A stretch of 64,000 nucleotides of DNA from the NCBI RefSeq assembly GCF_963921235.1, contig NC_086107.1, positions 116,872,001 to 116,936,000 on the forward strand. The letters run 5' to 3'. Shown one piece after another: positions 1 through 13,045 of this stretch. Source of the DNA: Mobula hypostoma (taxonomy: Eukaryota). Made by a program: the position numbers and the translations under genes. The number at the start of each line of letters is the position of its first letter. The stretch's first letter is position 1. Below the pieces are notes generated by a model. That model was not told where the DNA came from, made no database searches, and worked only from the letters and a program-made list of their open reading frames with translations.

Positions 1-1915
1 AAGGAGCAACAGAAGATAACTAAAAAGGCAATACGGGGGGGAAAAGATGAGGTACGAAGGTAAGCTAGCCAAGAATATAAAGGAGGATAGTAAAAGCTTC
101 TTTAGGTATGTGAAGAGGAAAAAATTAGTTAAGACCAAAGTTAGGCCCTTGAAGACAGAAACAGGTGAAATTATTATGGGGAACAAGGAAATGACAGACG
201 AGCTGAACAGGTACTTTGGATCTGTCTTCACTAGGGAAGACACAAACAATCTCCCAGATGTAATAGTGGCCAGAGGACCTAGGGTAACGGAGGAACTGAA
301 GGAAATTCACATTAGGCAGAAAATGGTGTTGGATAGACTGATGGGACTGAAGGCTGATAAATCCCCAGGGCCTGATGGTCTGCATCCCAGGGTACTTAAG
401 GAGGTGGCTCTGGAAATCATGGACACATTGGTAATCATTTTCCAATGTTCTATAGATTCAGGATCAGTTCCTGCAGATTGGAGGGTAGCTAATGTTATCC
501 CACTTTTTAAGAAAGGAGGGAGAGAGAAAACAGGGGATTATAGACCAGTTAGTCTGACATCAGTGGTGGGGAAGATGCTGGAATCAATTATAAAAGATGA
601 AATAGCGGCATATTTGGATAGCAGTGGCAGGATAGGTCCGAGTCAGCATGGATTTACGAAGGGGAAATCCTGCTTCACTAATCTTCTGGGATTTTTTGAG
701 AATGTAACTATGAAAATGGACATGGGAAAACCAGTGGATGTAGTGTACCTGGACTTTCAGAAAGCCTTTGATAAGGTCCCACATAGGAGGCTAGTGTGCA
801 AAATTAGAGCAAATGGTATTGGGGGTAGGGTGCTGACATGGATAGAAAATTGGTTGGCAGACAGGAAACAAAGAGTAGGGATTAACGGGTCCTTTTCAGA
901 ATGGCAGGCAGTGACTAGCGGGGTACTGCAAGGCTTAGTGCTGGGACCGCAGCTATATACAATATTCATTAATGATTTAGATGAAGGGATTAAAAGTAAC
1001 ATTAGCAAATTTGCAGATGACACAACGCTGGGTGGCAGTGTGAAATGTGAGGAGGATGATATGAGAATGCAGGGTGACTTGGACAGGTTGGGTGAGTGGG
1101 CAGATGCAGATGCAGTTTAATGTGGATAAATGTGAGGTTATCTACTTTGGTGGCAAGAACAGGAAGGCAGATTACTATCGGAAAAGGGGAAGTACAACGA
1201 GATCTAGGCGTCCTTGTTCATCAGTCACTCAAAGTAAGCATGCAGGTACAGCAGGCAGTGAAGAAGCTAATGGCATGTTGGCCTTTATAACAAGGGGATT
1301 TGAGTATAGGAGCAAAGAGGTCCTTCTGCAGTTGTACAGGGCCCTGGTGAGACCACACCTGGAGTATTGTGTACAGTTTTAGTCTCCAGATTTGAGGAAG
1401 GACATTCTTGCTATTGAGAGAGTGCAGCGTAGGTTCACGAGGTTAATTCCCGGGATGGTGGGACTGTCATATGTTGAAAGATTGGAGCAACTGGGGTTGT
1501 ATACACTGGAATTTAGAAAAATGAGAGGGAATCTGATTGAAACATATAAGATTATTAAGGGACTGGACACACTAGAGGCAGGAAACATGTTCCCAATGTT
1601 GGGGGAGTCCAGAACCAGAGGCCAGTTTTAGAATAAGGGGTGGACAATTTAGAATGAAGTTGAGGAAAAACTTTTTCACACAGAGGGGTGCTGGTTCTGT
1701 GGAATGCTCTGCCTCAGAAGGCAGTGGAGGCCAATTCTCTGGATTCTTTCAAGAAAGAGTTAGATAGAGCTCTTAAAGATAGCGGAGTGAAGGGGTATGG
1801 GGAGAAGGCAGGAAAAGGGTACTGATTGTGGATGATCAGCCATGATTACAGTGAATGGTGGTGCTGGCTGGAAGGGCTGAATTGCCTACTCCTGCACCTA
1901 TTGTCTATTGTCTAT
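1..1915 (+). mobile_element. CR1-group LINE, ORF2 RT region and 3' end (frameshifted, runs off the window start)
   Basis: ORF 47-1120 has DKSPGPDGLHP, YRPVSLTS, YLDFQKAFDKVPH, KFADDT; later frames give RPHLEYCVQF and ERVQRRFTR; ends in a (ATTGTCT)n-like tail near 1900-1915. Confidence 0.93.
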
Positions 1916-3605
1916 AATCTATTTGAAATAACAGTAGGCAAAATATTCTCAAGCCTATTAGCCAGAATCTTAGAGAGTATTTTAAAGTCCACATTCAATA
2001 AGGAAATTGGTCTATAGGAGGCACATTCAGATAGATCTTTACCTTTTTTAGGAATCAATGAGATTGATGCCTCATAAAAAGTTTTCGGGAGATTCCCAGA
2101 GGATATAGAATCAGTGAAAGTTTGACATAGATGTGATGTAAGCGCTTCAGTAAAAGTCTTATAAAATCCCACTGTATATCCATCTGGTCCTGGAGCTTTC
2201 CCTAGTTGCACAGAGGATATAGCCTTAGCTATTTCCTCTTGTTTAATAGGTGCATCTAATGTATTAATATCTTGAATAGAAATTTTAGGTATATTTAATT
2301 TTTGCAAAAATCTATTCATAAAGATAGTATTATCAGAAAATTCAGATTTATAAAGATTAGAATAGAAATCCATAAATATCTTATTAATTTCATGAGGATC
2401 TAATGTTTCAGTTCTATTTGGTCTACGTATTTACAAAATCTGTCTTCTGACCATATTTGCCTTCAACTGACCAGCCAGCAATTTACCTGATTTATCACCA
2501 TGTATATAAAATTGACTTTTGGATTTAAAAAGTTGCTGCTCATTGGGGAAGGTCAAAAGCAGATCATGCTGTGTTTGGAGTTCAACCCTTTCCTTATATT
2601 GATCTTCACTAGGTCTTACTGAATACGCTTTATCTACCTCTTTAATTTTATTAGTAGTCTCTAAAAGTTCCGCTTTGGTTTTCCTTCTTAAACCTGCTGA
2701 ATATGAAATTATCTGTCCCCTAAGAAAGGATTTCATCGTATCCCATATAACCAAATTTGACATACCTTCAGTTGTATTAAGTTCAAAAAATAAAGAAATT
2801 TGCTCCTTGATAAAACTAACAAGAGTTGGATCTTGTAAAAATATAGGATTCAGTCTCCACTGTGACATTTTCAAAATATTATCAGAAAGCCTCAAAGTTA
2901 ATTTCATAGGTGCGTGATCCAAAACTATGACGTCGTATGCACAATCGGCAATGCAATACAGCAATCGATATCGAGAAAAAAATAATAATCAATTCTTGAA
3001 AATTAATGATGTACACGTGAACAAAAAGAAAAATCTTTATCATTAGAGCGTTTATATCTCCAAATATCAACCAAACCATATTCTATTAGAAAAGAATTAA
3101 TACAAGTCGCTGCTTTATTAGGAAGCAACAGATTGGTTGATGACCTGTCAATCGATGGGTTAAGACAACAGTTAAAGTCACAGCCCATAATCAACTTATA
3201 TTCATTTAGATTCTGGGGCGTGGAAAATAGCTTCTTAAAAAATTCAGGACTATTTAGATTAGGTGCATAAACATACACCAAAGCTACCTTTTGACCACAT
3301 AGCAAACCAGTGATAATTAAATAGCTTCCAATCAAATCAGGAACAGTATTAAAATGTACAAAATGGATTTTAAAGTTAACAAAAATAGATACCCCTCTAA
3401 TTTTATTTATTGATAAAGAATGATATAAATGTCCCTTCCAGAATTTAAAAAAGCGAATTTCATCCTGTCTCCGTACATGAGTTTCTTACGTGAAAATAAT
3501 ATCCGCATAAAGTGTTTTTAATTTCTTATAAACCTTTTTACGCTTAATAGGATGATACATGCCGTTCAAATTCCATGAAATTATATTAATTTTATTAGCA
3601 TTCAT
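1916..3605 (-). pseudogene. L1 ORF2p N-terminal part (APE endonuclease to start of RT), with stops and frameshifts
   Basis: Manual translation from ATG 3605 gives ISWNLNG...DIIFT*ETH; continues in ORFs 3003-3335, 2431-2964, 1912-2373. Confidence 0.88.
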
Positions 3606-4338
3606 GTTTAAGATTTAATTTTAAATTTTACAAAGAAAGCTATTGCGCAAGCACAAACTAGATCCATAGGAAAAAAACAGCACTGACTTGACCAGAAGTG
3701 ATGAAATGATTGATACAAGATATAATCTCTTAGAACTGCCCAGTCGAGAAAAAACTACTCTAATAGCCCCACCCTCTCCCCCAAAGACCGAAAGTCATCC
3801 AATAGGATAGCATGCTAACCAATGAGCCTAACCTCAATCTCCATTTTGCAGCTATATTAAAAAGTTAGATGTTTACACCACTGATTGTAGACATAATAAA
3901 AGAGATGAACAAATTTCAGATATTGTAATTTTATGTCTAACAATAGTTAAAACGTAGTTGGCAATGGCCATCTTAAATTAATCTAAAGTATATTAATCAT
4001 GTATTCAGAAAAAGATAAATCCAAGCAATTAATATATTACAACTGAAATTTTAAAAAAACAACTTACAAATCATAAAAAAAGTAAATATATATATATATA
4101 TCTCAATCCCAGAGCTATATTAATATAAAGGCAAGCAAGAAAAAAAATTAAATCAACCAGGTCCTGTGCAGACATCCATAAAATGTGGATCAGACTTTCT
4201 TCAAAGCAACTATAGATATATACTAACTATTAACAAATAAAAAAAAAATTAAATCAGCCAAGTCCTGTATGGACATCCATAAAACGTAGAACAGACTTTC
4301 CTCAAAACATCTATAAACATCTCCCAGCTCAGGATTGC

Positions 4339-5246
4339 CTATTCAAGTTGCTTTCGACATAGACTTAAACCCCTTAATAAATCCCAACCTTCACCTGAAG
4401 AGTTAATCTTTTGTGGCTGAGAGTCAGGTGGAAAAATTATCAAACGTGCCGGATAACGGAGCGACGGGTGACATTTTGTTCTATATAATTCAACCATCAC
4501 TTCCCAGTCTTTCCTTCTTTCAGCAAAAATCTCCGGAGCAAAGTCCTCCCCTGTACGAGTTTCCGTTGCATTGCAGATTAGCTCACCCCTTTTTCTTGCC
4601 TCTCGCAGTATAGCTTCTTTGGTTGTAAAATGTGCAAGCATAGTATCAGTGGTCATGGACGTTAATTCGGGTGAGGGCTTAGATCATGGGATTCGACAAG
4701 CTCTATCAAGTACAGGGTTCACTTCAAGAATCTCGCTAAAAAGTGAATATAGCATATCTGAAAAGAACTTTAACAGGTCACTGGTTTCAGTATTTTCAGG
4801 CAAGCCCAATATACGTAAATTCCTCCTGCACATTCTGCTGTATAAATCAATCGTTTTTTTCTTCATTCTTGATCATTGCAAGTAATTTCATTAATTCTCT
4901 TTTCCATAGATGACATCTCCAATTCTTGCTCGTTAATAGTTTGCCTGAATAACTCCTGTTCCCTCTCAATTCAATGAGTAGTCTGTTTGAGTGTCTGAAA
5001 TTGAAAATCCATATTTTTCACAGATTCTTGAACAGTAGAGATGGATTTTTCAAGCTTTCCATTAGCATCCTTCAGTTTATCAATCTTAGTGTTAAGCGAA
5101 CCAAATTCAAGTTTCATATCTTGTATTGAAGAGAGTATTCTTTCTGAAGTAGAAAGTTCCTCCAATTTCTTTGTTTGTTCCTTTTGTTCTGTTTCGGGAA
5201 GGGTCTTGCCACCTCTCAATTCAATACTGGATCGACTTCCTGCCAT
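4339..5246 (-). pseudogene. L1 ORF1p (coiled coil + RRM + C-terminal domain), disrupted
   Basis: ORF fragments 4971-5246 (coiled coil), 4684-4866 (RRNLRILGLPE), 4339-4656 (KEAILREAR...YPARL). Confidence 0.85.
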
Positions 5247-5405
5247 CGTAGTTAAGTCATAAATCCTTCAACAAAAATAGTGAATCTTCAAACTTAAAAT
5301 GGATCTAGCAGTGGAATGTAAGATATAAAAAGTAGAGCAGCGGTGAAAACGTGTCTCACTCCATTTGCTGCAAAATGGAGTCGGTTTCTATGTTTCTATG
5401 TTTCT

Positions 5406-7075
5406 AAAACTGTTGACAGTACTCCAAAGAGGCCTGACTAGTGTCTTATAAAGGCTCAGCATTATCTCCTTGCTTTCATATTCTATTCCCCTTGAAATAA
5501 ATGGCAACATTGCATTTGCCTTCTTTACCACAGACTCAACCTGTAAATTAACCTTCTGGGAGTCTTGCATGAGGACTCCTAAATCCCTCTGCACCTCTGA
5601 TGTTTGAACCTTCTCCCCATTTAGATAATAGTCCACACTGCTGTTCCCTTTACAAAAATGCACTAACAAATATTTCCCAACACTGTATTCAATCTGCCAC
5701 TTTTTTGCCAATTCTTCCAATTTGTCTAGGTCCTGCTGCAATCACATTGCTTCCTCAGCACTACCTACCCCTCCACCTATCTTCCTATCATCCGCAAACT
5801 TTGCCACAAAGCCATCAATTCCATTATCTAAATCACTGATAAACAATGTGAAAAGTAGTGGTCCCAATACTGACCCCTGAGGAACACCACTAGTCACTGG
5901 CAGACAACCAGAAAAGGCCCCTTTTATTCCCACTCACTTCCTCCTGCCTGTCAGCCATTCCTCTATCCATGCCAGTATCTTTCCTGTAATGCCACAGGAT
6001 TTTATCTTGTTAAGTAGCCTCATGTGTGGCACCTTATCAAATGCCTTCTGAAAATCCAAGTAAATGACATCCACCACCTCTCCTTTGTCCACCCTGCTCG
6101 TTACTTCCCTGAAGAACTCTAACAGATTTGTCAAGCAAGATTTCCCTCGACAGAAACCATGCTGACTTTGGCTTATTTTATCATTAGTCTCCAAGTACCC
6201 CGAAACCTCATTCTTAATAATAATGGATTCCAAAACTTTCCCAAATAATTCCCTTTCTTTTGCCTTCCTCCCTTCTTAAAAAGTGGAGTGATATTTGCAA
6301 TCTTCCAGTCCTCCCGGACTATGCCAGAATCAAGTCATTCTTGAAAGATCATGACCAATACAACTTCTCTCAGGCTCTGGGATATTGTCCAACTGGCCCA
6401 GGTGACTTACCCACCTTAAGAACCTTTTAGTTTGCCTAGCACTTTTCCCTTTGTAATAGCAATGGCACCTAGTCCTGATCCCTGACACTCACAGACCTCT
6501 GGCACACTGCTAGTGTCTGCCACAGTGAAGGCAGATGCAAAGTACCCATTAGGTTCATCAGCCATTTCTTTGCCCCCCCCCCACCTTACTACCTCACCAG
6601 CATCATTTTCCAATTGTCCAATATCAACTTTCACCTCTCCTTTACTCTTTATATAACCAAAAAAAAAGAACTTTTGGTATCCTGCTTTATATTATTGGCT
6701 AGTCTGCCTTGATATTTCATCTTTTCTCCTCTTGTAGCTTTTTTTAGTTGCCTTTTGTTGGATTTTAAAAGCTTTCCTATCATCCAACTTCCCACACATA
6801 TTTGCTACCTCATATGCCCGTTCCTTGGCTTTAATGCAGTCTTTAACTTTGTCAGTCACGGTTGCCTACTCCTGCCATTTGAGAACATCTTCCTCTGTGG
6901 CACATATCTATCCTGCACCTTGTGAATGATTTCCAGAAACTTAAGCCATCTCTGCTCTGCCATCATCCCCGCCAGTATCCTCCTCCAATCCACCTGGGCA
7001 AGCTCCTCTCTCCATTGTAATTCCCTTTATTCCACTGCATTATTGATTCATCTAATTTATTCCATTGCGATACTT
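5406..7075 (-). mobile_element. CR1-group LINE fragment (ORF2)
   Basis: ORFs with QHGFCRGKSCLTNL, YLDFQKAFDKVPH, SGVPQGSVLGP, KFADD. Confidence 0.9.
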
Positions 7076-7119
7076 ATACTTCTAATCTGTGGTTTGAGTT
7101 AAGAAACTGCAAGGGTAAA

Positions 7120-7490
7120 AGAATCAGAATCAGGTTTATTATTACCAGTATGTGTTGTGAAGTTTGTTAACTTAGCAGCAGCAGTTCAATGCAATACATA
7201 ATATAGAAGAAAAAAAAGTAGATCAACTACAGCACAAAAAACAGAAATAATATATATTAAAAAAGCGAGGTGGTTTTCACAGGTTCAATGTCCACCTTAA
7301 AATCGTATCGCAGAGGTGTAGAAGCTGTTCCAGAGTTGCTGAGTGTGTGCCTTCAGGCTTCTGTACCTCCTTCCTGATGGTAACAGTGAGAACGGGCATG
7401 CCCTAGATGCTGGAGGACTTTAACAATGGATGCTGCCTTTCTGAGACACCGCTCCTTGAAGATGTCCTGGGCACTTTGTAGGCTAGTACC
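7120..7490 (-). mobile_element. Rex1/Babar-like LINE 3' end
   Basis: Reverse-strand tail AATAAACCTGATTCTGATTCT; C-terminal peptide QDIFKERCLRKAASI shared with copies at 39.0-41.0 and 58.0-58.7 kb. Confidence 0.75.
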
Positions 7491-7609
7491 ATACAGATGG
7501 CAGTTATATACAGATCTCCCAACAGTCGCTGGGATGTGGAACACAGATTACAACATGTGAGATTTCAGCATACAGGTCCATTGGGAAAATCAGGTTGGAA
7601 ATGGATCTC

Positions 7610-8456
7610 AAGAAAATGAGTTTTGTTGAATGCCAACGAGATGGCTTTTGAGAGCAGTTTGTCGTTGAGCCTACTAGGAGATCAGCTATACTGGATTGGG
7701 TGTTACGTAATGAACTGGAAGTGATTAGGGAGCTTAAGGTAAAAGAACCCTTAGGAACCAGTGATCACAATATGATTGAGATCAACTTCAAATTTGATAG
7801 GTAGAAAGTAAAGTCTGACATAGAAGTATTACAGTGGAATAAAGGAAATTACAGTGGTATGAGAAAGGAGTTGGTTAAAGTAAATTGGAAGGAGCTGCTG
7901 AAAGGGATGTCAGCAGAGCAGCAATGGTGTGAGTTTCTGGGAGAAATGAGGAAGATACAGGATAGATGTATTCTAAAAACATAGAAAACTCAAATGGCAA
8001 AATAGTACAACTGTGGCTGACAAGGGAAGTCAAAGCTAATGTAAAATTCAAAAGAGACAGCATACAACAAAGCAAAAATTAGTGGGAAGACAGAGGATTG
8101 GGAAGCTTTCAAAACCCTACAGAAAGCAACAAAAAGAATCATTAGGAGGGAAAAGATGAAATATGAAAGTATGCTAGCAATTAATATCAAAGTGGATAGT
8201 AAAAGCTTTTTCAAGAATGTAAAAAATAAAAGAGAGATGAGAGTGGATATAGGACCACTAGAAAATGAGGTCAGAGAAATAATAATGGGGGTGGGGGAAA
8301 CAAGAAGATGGCAGATGAACTAAATGAGTAGTTTGCATCAGTCCTCACTGTGGAAGACGCCAGCAGTATGCCTGATGTTGTAGTGTGTGAAGGAAGAGAA
8401 GTGGGTTCAGTTACTGTTACAAGGGAGAAGATGCTCAAAAAGCTGAAAGACCTAAA
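7610..8456 (+). mobile_element. CR1-group LINE fragment (endonuclease end/linker), interrupted by the Academ element; CR1 sequence resumes at 13133-13342 and 14511-14662
   Basis: Encodes EPLGTSDHN-like and IGPLENE-like CR1 segments; KFADDTKIG segment appears right after 13132. Confidence 0.8.
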
Positions 8457-8903
8457 TAGTCCGTGAGCCAGTAGGGTTGGTCGGTACCATCTGAGGGGAA
8501 TAATGCTCATAGTGATTTTTGGCAAGGTATACATCTCTAGAGTTGGAAAATACATGATAGCATTGCACCAGCGGTAGCTTTATTACTTCAAATAAGTAAT
8601 CACTTTTTGTATATATTCCATATTAACATCAGTACAGCAGAAAATGTTACCCCACCCCCAAAGGGTAAAAAACCTCATTTGGAGAGATTTCTGGAGTTTT
8701 ATCAATGTCATGATATTTTCCATGTTGTATCAAATCAAAACAATCTTAAGCTTTTGTCATAGCATATAGAATTACAGTACAATAATTCAAATGTGGGTTC
8801 CACATGGCCATAACCTAGGCCCCATTTGGTTGTAAAATGAATATATTTAATCAAAGACTGCTTTCCATACTTTGTTTTCCATACTTTCATAACCTATTAA
8901 TAA

Positions 8904-11900
8904 TCATAATAATTTTTCCAAGCCTTCCACGTCTTCCACCTCTTCATCTGAACTTCCCACACTCTCTGAGGTGGCTGCCTGGTTCTCACAGTCTGCCAGT
9001 CTACACATGTCAGTACACCTGAGGCCATTTGCAACACACATACAACTTGGGAGTGAACATTGTTTTGGACAGTTACAGGCCAGTAGATCCAGGATGGCAC
9101 TGGGTGCCGGTTGGCCTTCCATCCAGTGCACCACCAACTGTTCAGCTTCCTCTTCTCTCTCCATCTTCCACCCTCTGCCAACAGGGCTTGGCACTTGTGG
9201 GTCCTTCTCCAAACATCTTCTCCATATACCAGCCTGGTAGTTGGCTCACTGTGCATGTTTTGTTAAGCAGTCCTTGCATGGTGGGAATTGATGATTTTTG
9301 ATTTCACCTTTTTTGGCACAGAAAAGGTGATACCTGAGTTCATTGACCTTGGTGGTCGATGCTTTTGGGGTATACAGGAGCCTCTAGTTTGTCCATCAGT
9401 TCTGGGGAGAGGTCCCATTCCTGACCCAACTCTATGAATGTGTCCTGAGTTTCCCTGTTGCTGCTCAGAAGTTTTAGGGCACTTGTCTTCCCTTTTCCTG
9501 CAAAAGCGCTTACAGTGTCACATCCTGTATATGCGTTGTTACGTACCCCGTAACTGGGTTGCCAAACCAGCAGAAATGGATCACTCAGTTGGAGTCTGGA
9601 GTACTAGAACTAAGAAAGTTTTATTAAAGAAACAAGCAACACAGTAATCGAAAGGATAATAAATGCAACAGTTCAGTGATGATAAACATGTGCACAGAAT
9701 TAAGATAACAGCATCAATCAAGCTCTATCGTTGTCTAGGGGTTAAATGACTAATTTCAAAATGACTCAAAGTTCAGTCCAGTTTGTAGTTCAGTTCGCAG
9801 TAATCGTTGCCATGGCGATGGACAAGGTGGGGGAAGAGAGACAGAGATAGAATAGGAACAACTGATCATTCAGAACAGCTTCACTCACAGACCAGCGGGA
9901 TGGCTCACAAACAGCTTTTGGGCGGGTCCTTGGTGATGTCACCTGAGGTCACCGACTGTGACCCCTCCTCCAGATGCGGTCGATCCTCTGCAGTGAACCC
10001 GGCACCCAGGCGAGGGCGGACACACACCGGGTTCCCGCTGATCGTACCTTTCCACCCTGTGCGTTGTCCGGTACTTCTCATCACTCGTGAGAGGCGCACC
10101 GCTTCCAGGGTCTCGTTACCTCGGGTGGCGTGTGTGTCTGTCTTAGCGAACCTGTCCCTTTTTATCCCCCTGCTGGGGTATCGCCTGTCCATCACTTCAA
10201 ACAGTTCAGGGTTCAAAGGGGGGAGCCGCTCCAGACAGCTCTTCCTCCCACATCCCTTCATTACACATCTCCAGACGCTGCTCCATTGTTCCTTATCTCT
10301 CCTTCCCCTGAGGGCAGGTGGCAGACCAACTGCTGATGCCACTGATGCTAGCCCAGGCCAGCAAACATCTTAATTTTATGTGTATTCTCGTAACAGCGTG
10401 CAACCCGATGAGAGCCCAGAAACCTCTATGCCAATAGTGGCAGCAACCTTTCTGATGTCTGCAAGCCTTATACGGGTTCTAGTGCCATACTTCTGGAAAA
10501 ATAGGGCCTCAATCTGGTCACAAAATGCTAAAGACATGATAAAGACATCTGTGTCTTCTGAGCAGATCACTACAGATTGGGATCCCTCTCTTGTGGCATG
10601 GGCAGCATGGAGAAGTAGGCGGCCATCTGCTTCTTCTTGTTGACACTGAAGAGCTGACACCTCCTCACTGTCTTGAGATGTGATTCTGTAACACTTGTCA
10701 TTCACAGTTGCATACAGAATCTTCTCCTGTAGCTTTGCTCTGTACTCCACCTTCCTCCATTCATGGACTATGAAGCTATTGAGACTATTTTTGTTACTGA
10801 CTTTGGTCAGAAAGCTCCTCCACTGCCTCACCATCTGTGTGTCTGTGATACCTTGCAACTCATGACCAGTCTCTTCACCCCGTAGAGATCTTTCACTGTT
10901 CTTGATAGAGTTCTCCTTGTATGTGTCGAACACAACATCTATTCTGCTACTCTGACTGCCTTCCCTCAGAGCCAGAAATGTTGTGGCAACATCGCTGAAA
11001 GTAACTTGATCACCTTTCACTCTTTGGACCAAGTTCATTCCATCAACCATTGTAGCAGAGTTTCCTGGGAGTTGCTCTTCTACTGCTACATTTTTTCTGC
11101 AAGGTTGTAGCTAAAGTAGCTTTATTTGTCTTTCTCATCAATCCTTCTGGTGTGGACAGGGCCCAGGGCAATGGTCCAAGGGGACGAGAAAGGATATCCT
11201 CCATACGTAGACTGCGCCCTTGTGCCATCACTATGATGTGTCCAAACACAGCCATGTCTGCTTTCAAGATGATCGCCCTCCCATTTGATTTCACTTCTCT
11301 CTTCTTACACATATCACTGAATGTCTTCAGCTTGTTGGTTTTCATTGGATCATGGAATTTCTTTGTTGGTGGGTCTTCCTCTAGTCTCTCATCCTTGACG
11401 ATTGCATAGCATTGCTCACCAATCTCATATGCCTTCATCAGGTCGGAGGCAATGTCCTTGGGGGCTGCCTTTGCCGAAGAGATGCTAATGAGGTCCTGCT
11501 TCTCTGCAAATGGGTTGACCCATTCATGTATGAGGCTAACCACTGCTGAAACTGCTTCCTCATCTTTCTGGATTCTTGGCTGCTGTAGCTCCGCATGACA
11601 AAGCTCTGATTTGTTGCCCTGCATCATCTCCCTTAACTGTCCCAGGAATGCAACTGTTATGTAGTAACGCTTGATAGCTCCAGCATTCAGGCTGAACCGT
11701 GATGTGCCTCCAGGAGTCTGTGTGTCTTTGTTCACTGTGGCTTCAATAGCCTGGTCCACAGGGATCTGCCCAAAGGGGTTGTTACTTGACAATTGCACTG
11801 AGAATTGGCCTGTCTTGAAGGCCTCATGCACAGAAGGATTCTTCTCTGGGAGGTTCATCATCTGAGCAAAGTAAGGGGACAGGTACCTGGCATAATTCAT

Positions 11901-13045
11901 CTTATCATAGGCAAAGCACCATGGGGTCATGGTTCTTATAGCATGGAGGTGCAAATCCCAGTCCCCCCCACGAGAGGCGCACAGAAACCCAAGTACTCCG
12001 CTCTCTACCATGTCAATGTATGATATCCAGAATGCGGATAACTCTCCATTGTTGTGATGGAGGTGTTCCAGAAAGTCTGTCCACAGGGTTATCAGCTCAG
12101 CTAAGAGTGGACTTTGCAGCAGATTGTTCAACTTCTGTTGGTTCAAGTCACTGGCCATGTTGTTCACATGGTCTAAGAATGATTTGATCATCCCACTCCT
12201 CTCTGGAACATTGTCCTCAACCCATGCTGTGAACTCTGCCCATGTGAGTCTCATCAGTGCTTCATAGATATACTTGTGGACCCTGACAGCACGATTGTAA
12301 TGTTTACCATCAAGGACTCCATTGATGGACACCTTTGCGACAATTCCAGCCTCTATGCATACGTCCTTTAGACCAGCATTCTGAAATCGCTTTCCTAGGA
12401 TGGCTAAGGCATTACATATGGTATGGAATGTCCCCATCCTGAGAAGAATGTTGGAGGAGTGCTCTTTGTGCTTCCAGGCAATTTCAGTGGCTTTTGCATA
12501 GAGTACTTGATCCATGACTACCACAATTGTTTCTAGATGACGTTCCCTCCTGATTAGCTCTGATTGGTTCAGGATTTCAAATACTGTGGTTGGCTCTATA
12601 GTTGGTCAATTGATGGTTGACAGATACCCAACAATATCTTGTGAGATTGGTTCTTGGTCCCTGGTGCTGGTATTAAAACCAGTCCAGCTTGGGATTGTCT
12701 GATTCTCTGGATCTGTTTGCCTTCCAAGTATCTATGTCAGGTTCTTCTTGCAAGCAAGAAGAGTAGCTTCCTTGGTTTCCTGGACACAGTGTTCCCTGGG
12801 TAGGAAAGGCTGTGGGCCCACACGTGCACACGTGCTACGTATACTTTCAGTTCTTGGTCCTCAATGGTGACTGATCTCTGCTTCAGTTTCTGAATATGTG
12901 GAAGCTCAGTTCTTGGCAGATGTGGTCCATAGACATTGGGCTGTACCACTATGCCATTGACTCTATGTGATGTTCCCTTTCCAGCGAGAGTTTCCTCAAG
13001 TCTATTGATATTGTCCCATGCAAGATTGGTGAAGATATGAAGCTT
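8904..13045 (-). pseudogene. Academ transposase-XPG nuclease-Cys8 polyprotein, frameshifted and split by a solo LTR
   Basis: WDNI..GKGTSH, MDQVLYAKA, MGTFH, PVDQAIE; VDGM, RIDVVFDTY, EEADGRLLLHA, SEDTDVF; LHAYTGCDTVSAFAGKGK across the LTR; CNCPKQCSLPSCMCVANGLRCTDMCRLADCEN. Confidence 0.82.
9537..10395 (-). mobile_element. Solo LTR (859 bp) related to the Gypsy LTRs at 16968 and 22835
   Basis: TGTTACG...CGTAACA termini; 4-bp TSD GCGT (9533-9536, 10396-10399); terminal and internal blocks match the Gypsy LTR in reverse. Confidence 0.93.

Larger units (their letters stand above)
1916..5385 (-). mobile_element. L1-clade LINE, 5' part (5'UTR, ORF1, long inter-ORF spacer, endonuclease and start of RT), decayed
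   Basis: ORF1 pieces RRNLRILGLPE and SLRYPARL; ORF2 starts MNANKINIISWNLNG at 3605, then VYAPN, WRLNP, GDKSGKLLA, KAPGPDG, YRPISLLNVDFKILSKILANRL. Confidence 0.92.

Noticed and set aside
8904..9212. Host tesmin/LIN54-like CXC gene
   Set aside because: It is the C-terminus of the TIR-bounded Academ polyprotein.
9806..9819. X-box-like GTTGCCATGGCGAT
   Set aside because: Inside a solo LTR with no associated gene structure; no support for function.
9807..10373. 188-aa and 145-aa ORFs in the solo LTR, and ORFs in the Gypsy LTRs
   Set aside because: No recognisable domains; they lie within LTR sequence.
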